From Mytilus californianus (taxonomy: Eukaryota), in assembly GCF_021869535.1 (NCBI RefSeq), contig NW_026262712.1, forward strand, positions 92,752,001-92,816,000: 64,000 nucleotides of DNA, read 5' to 3'. Numbering within the stretch: position 1 is the stretch's first letter; every line of letters begins with the position of its first letter. This document shows, one piece after another, positions 26,201 to 38,200 of the stretch. The position numbers were made by a program, and so were the translations under genes. The notes under the pieces were generated by a model. It searched no databases, was not told the origin of the DNA, and was given only the letters and a program-made list of their open reading frames with translations.

Positions 26201-29200
26201 GACGTACGGACGGACAAGGGTAAAACTTAATGCCCCCACCGCTACGGCGGGGGCATAAAAACAAACAGTTATATTAATAGATTATTTTCGTATAACTGAT
26301 TTTTGACTCCAGAGTATATGATTTTTCGACAGGTTACCTTCTCTGATGTAGGACATTCTGGTACTTGGTCTAGTAAGAGCAACTAAAAGAAGTAAATCAA
26401 GCTAACATTTGGTGCAATTTGGGAAAAGATTGACTGCTTTCTGATCATGCTGATGATTTTGTTGTGTATAGAAAACTGTTTTAAACAAAAAAACGCTCAG
26501 GATGAAATTTAAATGCAATGGCACAGGCCATGTGAAAATTGCCAACAAATCTATGGCTTGCATAAATTATTACTTAATTAACATAAATATGATATACTTA
26601 CAGGTAGAAGACTGACTTGATAGACTTTGAAATGGGCTTGTATTTGATAGTGCCCTATAAAAAAAGGTTGTCACTTTTTTTTATATGGAAATGCATATTA
26701 CTTCTCTACCATGCTGTCTGAAAAAAGTGCATGCAAAAAAAAAACAACATGAAATCTGTGTGGCTTATATTTCTACTAGAAGAACATTTCAATTTCTGTG
26801 ATTTCTGTTAACAGCCATACTATTTAAGAGTCTACATCTTCTCAAATAATGTCAGACTGGATCAATAGTATTCTCCGATTAATTTTTATTATTTTCTTTT
26901 CTTTCTAATATCGCTGTTGTCAAAGTCAGCAAATATGACAACACTTTGAAAGCCTTATGACAACTTAGTTGTCCTGAAAAGTAAATTCATATACTAGACT
27001 GATGCTTAACAATGTTATGTCTACCCTTATTAAAAAGATTTGCAATATTGTTTGAACAGCTATTTGTAGCGCAGAATAACATTTTGACTTTATGGAAAAA
27101 TGGCTAAAAAATATTTAAAATATATTTCATCGACTCTTTAATATTGGAATTCCTGTAGGTTTTAACATATTTGTCCCTAAAAAAAACAATTTTAAAGAAA
27201 GTTGACCATACCTTGTTTATCTTTAATTCTTGCAAAAATTTTTTGGATCGGCATATGAACATTTTTTTTAACTTAATCTTTAGTTTTAATACCATAATAG
27301 CACTTTTTACATAATAATTCTAGCTGTATGGTTATGCACTTGACTGAAGATCTATTTTTACTGTGTGGAAGATCTATCATGGCAAAAGATTCTCTGTTGT
27401 TTGTCATCTTTGTGGTTTTGCTCTTTGCAATATCTGTTCATTATTATTTGATTTTTTGGACTACATAAATTCCTCACAAATAATCAGTGCTAGCTCAGAC
27501 TCATTTGGACACTGATGGGCAGTTGTCTCTTTGGCAATCATACAACATTTCTATAAGTCTATGATAACCAGAAATATGCAAAGATGTAAGGTCATTCCTT
27601 TTATTTCATTTTCTCTAGTATAGCTGGTATTTTCCCTAAATATAATGTGTTTACAGATAATCTGTAAATCAGCCATCAAAATGAGCCAGATTAATTAAGC
27701 AACCTGACCTGTTTAAGACTTGTCATACCTGCATATACACCTATCAAAGCACTTCAAGGGTCATTTGAATACAAAACCTTTATAATTTTTCCTTGATAGC
27801 AACATTTCCATTCTTACTCACTTGAGGGGCCTTGGTGGCCGAGTGGTCTAAGTAGTCGAACTACTGTATCACTAGCCTGTCAACACTGGGATTGTGATGG
27901 GATCCTATCTTAATTGACTAGGATTGTCAGTTTTCCTACAGAAGGTCATGGTTTCATTTCGGGCACTCAGGCTTCCTCAACCAATAAAAACTGACCACCA
28001 CGAAATAGCACAATAGTGCTGAAAGTGGCATTAAAAGCCAATCAATCAATCAATCTTACGCACTTGTTTTACTGGGCCTTATATAGCTAACTATACAATA
28101 TGGGTTTTTCTCATTATTGAAGGCATTACAGTGACCTATAATTGCTTATATCCAAATTCATTTGAACTCCTGTGGATAGTTGTCTTATTGGCAATCAAAC
28201 CACATGCTCTTACTTTTATATTGGTTGAATATCCTACCTGCATTATTAGTTGATCATTTAATTTCTTTCATTCCATATATATAAAAAAAAAACATGTACC
28301 TCTGATCAGCCAATGAAACCTCCATCTCCACTGAATCATCATCCTCTATCTGTAAGGTAGACCAAATCAGATATATATCAAACAGATCCTAATATTCAAT
28401 TTGGAAACAAATATACAGTCCTAATTCTTTATAAGAATTCCATATTTAGTGGTTGCTAAAACACATGCAATTCTTAATTTTGAATGTGGTTTATCAAATG
28501 TTCCAAAATTTTTATTTACCTGTTGGAAACTACAGTCATTAGGCCATGAAAAAATTAGTGTTTGTCTCCCAGGTCAATACTTTTTTTCTTTTTCTTTTTT
28601 GCAGGTGAAAGAAAGGTATTGCTTTGGTTTCTTTTGACAATTTTCAATGACGCTTTTTAAAATTGTCTGACAATCTCTTAAAAGCATGTCAACATTGTTC
28701 AATTATCATTCCTTTAGTTTCATATAGCTTATACCAAAATATAGAATGTAAAACAAGAATTTACTGTCAGGTTAACATAAAATAAAAAGTTTTTCCTGCC
28801 TGACGGGTCTTAATAATTTTCACATGTTAGGGGAAACCAACATTCATTTTTCCATGGCCTTAAGAGACATTGATCAAGTAGGTTTTTACAGTTTTTTGTG
28901 AAAGAATTACCTTAAGTAGAAAAGCTAGATTTTGCTGGTCATAAAGTCATATGCTACTGATATAGTTAAACATAAGAATTTTTTATACTTGTTCATCATA
29001 TTCAACAAATTTGTTTGCAATTTTCATTAAGAGAATTTGAAATTTTGATATAAAGAAAAAGGTAGAATGCATTTACTTAATCAGTTAAACTTTCTTGTTT
29101 TTTAAATTAAAATATTACATGAATGTTTATTGTTAATTATGCAATAGATTTAAATAAATTTTGTCACAAGTTGCCACCTTTTTTACAGACCGTATTATTT

Positions 29201-32200
29201 GTAATTTAAGCAATACTTTTACAGCATCCCCTACTAGACATGCTAGAAAACAATTAACAATATATTAACTAGTCACTCATATATTGCAATTGATCATTGC
29301 CTGAGTTTATTAAGGGTTAACAATGGTCGTCAGTAAATGGGGACCTTTATAATATCGACATTTTCTGATGTCTACATGTTGTCCCTATGACAAATATCCC
29401 ATTTCTTCTCCTTCAATAGAAATACCTTTATGTACTTGATTGGATGGTCTTTGTCATTACAGCTTGATGAGACCGAAGTTATGTCTTTCCTTTTGCAACC
29501 ATTTGATGTACTAGATACTACTGTAATTTGGGGAGATGTTTGTGATACTGTCATGTCTGAAACATGCTGTGAATTTGACTCATCTGAATATCTAGTATTT
29601 AAGAATTTGTCCACGATCGTACTCATAGTTGTATTTGGCTTTGGTAAAGTCTTTGAATGAGATTCACTGTTGATGGATTTTTTTACATTTTCTTTAGGAA
29701 TTTTATTGACCGACATGATCTTATCTTCCTGACATTCACTTGATTTCCATGTTTTTACTGTGGATGGTATTGACTGTTTTAGAAGCAAACCTTTAGAGGC
29801 CAAAAAATCGGAAGCTTTTGATGCAGGAATAACACAAAATGTCTGTCTGGACCAAGGAACTCCTTTTCCAAAATCAGATGATTGAATTGAATTTTTACTT
29901 TGTGTAATATTATCATCATTATCAGTACAAGATGACTGGTTATTTTCTGTACTAATTTTTTTAACATGTGACACTATATTTTTGTGCTTTAGTTGATGAA
30001 TTCCTTGATGAATTGTCCCTGATAAAGGAAAACTAGCCACTCTTTTCATTCTTGCATTTTTTCCTCTCAGAACAATAGGAACATTTTTCGGAACATAACC
30101 TGGTGCGACAGATAAACTATCAACAAAACTATCTGACGGACTACCTAAACTGTCAGTAATATGAATTTGATTCCCTTTAATAGCATAATATACTTTCTGC
30201 TTCTTCTTTTGTGCAGGCTCTGGCACTTTTCCAGTGATTTGATTATTGGAATCTAAAGGTAAACACAAATTGTTACCATAGTTACTATCTGATTTCTCCG
30301 ATACATTTATATCCTGTAAAATAAGAGCGTCATTTCCCTTGCTCATGTCTACTGGTGACGGTCCAACCCAATCTTCATACCGTTTAATGTTACAGACATG
30401 AGCTGGTGTTGAATTTTTCATCTGTGTGACAGAATCTGCATTGTTGATAGCATTTGAAGTTGATGTCACTCTTGTCAATTCATTATTCAGGTCTTCTGAT
30501 TTGGGAGAGGATTTTATTCTACAATCAGACCTTTCTTGTTTGTTAGCACTCAACGAAGTTGATGAAATGTTTTCTGATCTAGATGAGATTTTAATTTGAA
30601 AATCTTCCTTTTTTTCATGACTTGCACTGGGAGACAATGAGACTTTCATTTGTTTTGGTTTAATCAAACCTTTTTTGGACTCTGGGGAAGTTTTTGTATA
30701 TACATGTGAAGATGAGCATGGTGAAGATGGTATTTTTAAACATCCTTCATTTGGTTTATGATTAGGAGAGATTTTCATATCATGGTCTGCTGTAGAAGAT
30801 AGAGTTCTGTCATTTCCAGAGGTTGATTTTGTTCTGGTAATTTTTCGTATCAGTTCTGTCTGTTGCTGTGAAAAACGAGTGTTTTGACAAACAGGTTGTT
30901 CTGTTCCTTTCTTTAGGTTGCTGTATTCCATTGACTCTTTACCAATCTTTATCAACATTGTGGAGATTTTTTCATTACCACAGCTGAAGGCAACATCTAA
31001 TGCAGTCATCCCCTGTTAACAAAAAAGTGATTCAAAATATATCTGTATAATGATGTTCAGTAGGATTAAATAAAACAAATAAACTGTTATCACAGAGATA
31101 TGTCTCGCCTTTTTGTAATTTTGATAATGCAAATGTTGAAATTAAAATAGCAATACTTTAACATGTAAGTTATGCAAATATTCAAAGTCTATGAACCATG
31201 ACTGAAGGTACATGGCTAAACAATCTCCATGGAATGAGATGTGCCAATGCTAATACAACTGCATACCAAATACCATTGACTTATTATAAGTCGTTCCCTT
31301 TAAACAAACCTAAACACAAACATTAACTTATAAACTATGTAAAAGTTTCAAAGTCAATGAACCATGATCAGGGGTGGGGCTATATAATCTCCATGGAAAC
31401 GATAGTTGTAAATGCCAATAAATTTGCATACCAAATATCATTGACTTAACATTGGCAGTTCATCTTAAACTGATCTAATCACAAACTAATACATGTAAAC
31501 TAAGCAAAAGTTTCAAAGTAAATAGACCATGACTGAGGGGCAGGGCCAAATATTCTCCATGGAAATGAGATGTGCTAATACTTATACAACTGAACACCAA
31601 TTAACATTGGCCTACCACTAATGGTTCCCCTTGAACTGACCTAATCACAAACTAATACATGTTAACTTAGCAAAATTTTCAAAGTCTATAGACCATGACT
31701 AAGGGGGCGGAGCCAAATAATCTCCATGGAAATGAGATATGCCAATGCTTATACAACTGCATACCAAATATCATTGACCTACCACTAGTGGTTCTCCATA
31801 AATTGACCTAATCACAAACTAATACATGAAAACTATGAAAAGTTTCAAAGTCAATAGACCTTGACTGAGGGGGCAGTGCCAAATAATCTCAATGGTAATG
31901 AGATGTGCCAATACTAATATAACTGCATACCAAATATTATTACCTACCACTAGTGGTTCACCATGAACTAGACCTAATCACAAACTAATACATTGTTGAC
32001 GCCGCCACCGTCGCCTGAAACAGCATACCTATGTCTCGCTTTTTGACTCCGTCAAGGCGAGACAAAAAACTAGTTAATTTCATATAAAAACAAGTGGCTC
32101 CAAGGGGCCAGTATAACTCTCCTGGCTTTTTTGCATTAAACTGACACAATGCAACAATTATATTTTTAGTTGAATGGAAACTTAGTTTCTGTCTATCCAT

Positions 32201-35200
32201 TATATATTTCAAGAAAATAACCAAAAATGACAAAAATGGGATAAAATTGTCTGTTGATTGACTATTTCATTCATATCGACTTATTTGTGGACCTTGTGTT
32301 GCTGATTATTTGTGCAGTTCAAAGTTTGAGACTATCTATTACAGACATCAAGATAAAAGGTAATAAAGAGCTGCACCATGAGCGCATGATACACCTGTCG
32401 CTTTTTCAAAGAATAAAGTTCCATAACTCCTCAATGTCATATCAGAAATTTATAAAAAACTAAAGGGAGGTTATTTTAATAGATATAAACCAGTCACCAA
32501 AGTTTCATGAAAACTGCTCAAAGCACTTTTGAGTTATTGTCCAAAAACTGGAAAATTACCCCTTTTTTATGAATAAAATCCCATAACTGGAAAATGTAAA
32601 ATCTAAAATTTATAACAGTATACCATAATACGTCCTGTAAACGGGCGTATAAAAACAAAAACACTAAATTTGATCAAAGATCATAACCTAATTAAGGATA
32701 ATAACTTCTATAAAGAGTTGACTAAAGAATTCAGTTATAATATCTATAAGTAGATCCCTTTTGGAAACTGCATTCAAATTAAAGTAATTTACATTTTTAA
32801 CCATTATAAATATGAATGTGACAAAAAAGTTACCTCATTATTTTTAAGCCCAAAATCAAAATGTACAGGTTCCAACATGAATTGAATAGTATTGTAGTTC
32901 TTGGAGAATCTGGCCAATATATGTACAGGAGTATCACCATTGTCATTCACTGAGTTCACAATGTAACTCAATTCTAAAATAATAAAGGACAATAATTAAA
33001 AAAAATACTTTTTTTTGTTTTTTAGACTTTTTATTAAATATCTTACAAGAAATGTAGGCATCAGATCGCTAACAATGTTATTTTCCATACAATTTCAATT
33101 TCAAAGTATGTAATTTTCATAGTAAATGCAAATGTAGCAGGGTTCGACATTAACATGATTAACGGCTGTCCAATTGCCCAGGACAAGTGAAAGTTATCAT
33201 TGTGCAAGTAAAAGCTGTAGTGTATTTGTCCTATGGGCAAGTAAAAAACTCAAAATTAACTATGATTATAAAGATGGAAATCACATGATATGTTGTGGCA
33301 TAATATAATTTGTAAAAGGCTAGCTATAAATACAGGTAAGCAGTCAGGGGACTTATTGAAATAAGTGGCTTTTAAATCACTTATTTAAGTAGCAAATTCG
33401 AAGTTTTGTCACAAATTGTGATTTTGTAGTTTTACCAAAATTTTAAACACATAGCTTTAGATAATATCTTTTCATTAGTAAAATTGAAAAAAATGAACTT
33501 TTTGCCTCTTTCAAGCATCAAGGTTTATGCCTTTGATGCAATCATTTAGCTGCAAATTCTATTTTACTTGAAAAAATGCTATAAAAATGGCTTTACATAA
33601 TGAACTGATACTTTCTCAACAGATTTTTCCCAGCAGTGGGAGTATTTTTCCTGTAAAATTCAAGGTTTCATCTTATAGATTATGTAATAAAATTCTACTG
33701 TTCGTGATCAAAATTTCACTGTTCGGGGGTGTTGAAATTAGTGGGGGTTATTAAAATAATGATACTTAAAGAAGTGATTTTTTGGAAGGAAATTGAGGTA
33801 TGATACTTGAACAAGTGATTTTTATGTCATTATCCTAGATTTAGTACAAGGTCATCACCTGACATGACCCGGTCATCCTATCAACACAGATGTTGGTTCT
33901 GATAATTTTAGCAACATAATTAGTTCCTGGATCATAAGTATTCTATATTTAAAGCTACAATAAAATTAAATCACTTAGTTTAGTGATTAATTTGTACTAC
34001 TTAAATAGGTGATTATTAAAGAAAGACAACTCTTACTTCCAACCTTTATGTAAATAATGTTACTTGAATCAGTGATTTAGAAAATCACTCATTTAAGTAA
34101 GTCCCCTGACTGGTAAGGCAAGCTATAAATACAGGTAAGGCAAGAATCACTGGGAAGGTACTAAATCACTTGTGATTTGAAAAACATACATGTTACTTCA
34201 ACAGCCAGAGCTCAGACATAAATTAGTCTAATTTTGCTTTTGATTTGTAGAGGTCTAAATTTGCATGTTTCATCGGTTCTCTCCCTTTATTTAAAAAAAA
34301 ATGTTTTTCCAACAAGTCAATATATGTTAAGCAAAAAATATTTGACCTTTATCAAAATGTTGCGATTAATGATTTCTTCAAGGCGAAAAGTTGCCAAAAT
34401 TGGCTAACTTCAAGACCCATGCACAAATATAAAAAGGTAATGAAATTGAGAAAACATTGTTAGGCAATGCATTGTCTTCTGAACAAAAATGTCCATTCAC
34501 TTTCTGGTACAACCATTTATAACCACTAAAATTGGAAAAAAATGAAGATTTAAAAAAATGTTCAATCAGATCATTACTTGTACATGTAGCTTATTTATAA
34601 ATAGCTCAGGTCCTTGTAAATTCTCTGAAAGATTGTCTTGTCATCATAGGTGATTTACTTTGACCACAAGGTCAAATAATGTGTTTTCATCCTGTTTCAT
34701 GAAGCATAAATAGACTTAAAACATGTTAAACAAGTCTGTCCTTTTCTGACTAGGACAAGTCCCAAATTGTAAACACATTTTTATCAAAATACATAATTTG
34801 ACTTCTTTAACATGGCTAGAGGTATAGGGGGAGGGTTGAGATCTCACAAAACATGTTTAACCCCGCCGCATTTTTGAGCCTGTCCCAAGTCAGGAGCCTC
34901 TGGCCTTTTTTAGTCTTGTATGTTTTTTAATTTTAGTTCATTTATATGTTTTGGAGTTTAGTTTGACGTCCATTTTCATTGAACTAGTTCACATTTTTGT
35001 TTAGGGGCCAGCTGAAGCCCGCCGATTTTCTCACTGTGTTGAAGACCCATTGGTGGCTTCTGGCTGTTTTCTGCTCTTTGGTCGGGTTGTTGTCTCTTTG
35101 ACACATTCCCCATTCCCATTCTCAATTTTATTAAGTAAGAAACAAAAACAGACTTGTTTATGTCGGAGCTCTGACTGTTCCACATATCATGACATCTTTA

Positions 35201-38200
35201 AAGGTGCAATATATGTACTTGGTCTGTATTTAGGATCTAATTGAAATTGTGTATACATTAAAACTTGGCAAACTACATCTGAATTCTGAATATTAAACAA
35301 GAGGCTCACATCATGTCATGAGCCTGAATCACTCACTTGATGAACACTGCTTATGAGGACCTTTAATTGAACATACTAGTTTTTTGTTTTTTTTGTGTTG
35401 CTAATCATTTTTTGCAATTTATACTTTTAACCTACATGTAGCACCTATACTTTTAGAAGAAAAAAAACAACCAAAACTGCAAAAAAAAAATTAAAAATAT
35501 TTAAATTGACATCTCAGGGACAACAACCCTAGAAGAAGTCATCAGATTTTCTGAAACTTTCAGGGTAGATAGATAGATCTTATCATGTTGAACATTTTTT
35601 GCAAATTTCACTTTTAAACTAGCTCTACAGCATGTACAATTTTCAAGATACCAGCCAAAAACTGCTAAAATAGGAAAACACTGATATTTCAGGGGCAAAA
35701 ACTCCCAAATGGATTGACATGTTTTTCTAAAATCAACAGAGTAGATAAATCTTGTTGTGCTGATAATTTTTACATTTTTAACCTAACTCCTATTATAGTC
35801 AGATAACTGCCAAACACTGCAATAATCTGTAAAAATAGATATTTCAGGTGCAATTACTCCAAAACCTGTTATTAAGAGTTTTCTTCGATTTTCACGAACA
35901 TACATCTGTTTGTGCTAATCATTATTTCAATTTACACTTTACCCTAGTTCATATATTTTTAAAGATAATCATAAAAAATCCGTGAAAATTGGTAAATACT
36001 TACATTTCAGGGGCAAAGCATTACAAAGGGTCTTTAGATTTTCTAAAATATCTAGGGTAGATAGAACATACCATGTTAAACAATTTTGTGATTTACACTT
36101 TTAACCTACCGGTAGCTCCTATAGTTTTGGAAACAATATCCAAGAACTGCCAAAAACTTAAAAATTAACATTAGAACGGATGACCAGTGTTACCCTAGTT
36201 TTCTTTAACTGTTAAAGTTTGTGATATATTAGCCAAAAACTGCAGATTAACCCCTATGTTTTTTTGTGTCAAGGTGGCCATGTTGGTTGATCAACCTCGA
36301 CTAAAATCACTAAGTTCATATAAGATATCCTTTTGATAAAGCAGACAAACTTTCTTTTCATTTATTGAGCTGTTTCAGATGATTAAATATTTAAAGAAAA
36401 GTTAACCAACGACAGATTACAAAAGTAAAACAAAAGCATTTTAACAGCCATTTGTACTACTATACACTTGTAGAAATATTTCCCCAATCTTAAACACATA
36501 TACCATTTATTATGCATTATGCAGATCCAGTTAAATTATCTTTAAATGCCTTCAATCTTTTTTAAAATCTGAAATACCAACAAATTTTGTGTACATCCAT
36601 GTCATTTGGTCTCTGATGGAAAGTGATTTCATTGGCAATCATACCACATCAACTTATTTTTATACAATTTTATATACTTCTCCATAAAGAATTTTTCATA
36701 AACTATGTTATTTTTAAGTCACATACTTACTAGGGTAATCTCCTTTATACCGGTATGATTTTTTAAACCTGGTGATTATACTGTAAATCCATGAAATATA
36801 ATAAGCCTGTTTACTTTTGCTAATGTTATCTTGTAAAGGGAGACAACACATATGTAACGGCATATTTCCATCCTTATTTTTGACAGTTAGACTATCTTTC
36901 CAAAAGATAGCAAGGAGTTCATTGATTATATTTCCTATCTCATGAAATGCTATATCTTTGTTTTCCTGTAATAACTCTATCATTTTATGAAGAACTGTAT
37001 GACCATCTCCAGAATATTTTGGTAGACACATTTTGTTTCTAAGCAGCCATTTAACTAATTCAACTTTACCTGCAAAAGAGTTCATAACTACAATAAAGAC
37101 AACTTTCATACCTATGATCAAACTTCTCTTCACAACAATCATTTTAACATTCAAATACAATTGTTCCAAGTTTTTTTTTTTTTTATATACATTTTGGATC
37201 AGGTTCTAGTGATCCTTCTAGGGCACATTGGTTAATCTCCATTCTTTGATAGGATTTATGTTGTCCAATCTTCAGTTTTCCGTGTATTGTTTTATGAACT
37301 GTTGTTTGTTTATTTTTCATTTTTCTTAAGACCATTATTCTGTCTGTTTTTCTTTGACTAATTGTTTTTGGTTGACCTTTAGGTATCTTCTGTTTTTGGT
37401 TGACCTTTAAGTATCTTCTGTTTTTGGTTGACCTTTAGGTATCTTCTGCCTCTTTTTAACAAGGGCCTTTGAGACATTAATTACTAGACAGTATTGATTG
37501 ATTGTAGGTTGCTTAATGTCCAGTGCCAAATCAATTACATTAATTACTAGACAGTACAGTGAGCCTGTATTCCTAAATTATTCAAGGTTTTGAAAACAGA
37601 CAAGCAAAGAATTACTCAGATTCAGTAAATAACTAAGTTAAATCTGTCCACCACAAGCATAGTATGGGATTTGTTCTTAAGATTTTTATTATTTTATTGA
37701 AGAATGTAAACAGATATTAAGTCCACAGTTTTATTTTTCCTTTGCTCAACATTATTGTACGTGTCTGATACCTTCCCAAAAAAAGTTAATTCCAAAAATC
37801 TGATTATTTTCATGGCTATTTTGTTTTTCATCTCCATCATGTGAGGAATGGATTGCATTGAAATATAATATTCGTGAGGCTCTAATTATAAAGAAAATTA
37901 TGTATCGCTTAAAACATGTTTTGGCTTGTGACAGTCTAAGCTTGTTTTTACTTCATAGTGTCTTAGCTCAGACTGATACAGACTCTCTGTTTTTATGCCT
38001 AAAATTGTATTGCATTGTGGACAATGAATCGACAATTTTATTGCATAAATTGTTTACATTTGAGGCTTAAGAAATTGTCAATAAATTCATAACAATTATA
38101 GTACCAAGCGCAGCAGCCCAATGGAGCATGGTAAGTCTATACTCTAGATTAGGATCAGGAATATCTGCACTCACATCCCATCCTCCATTCTGAAAAAAAT

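Noticed and set aside
29430-29967. Overlapping ORFs 29430..29660 (+) and 29779..29967 (-)
   Set aside because: Shadow frames of the large ANK exon.
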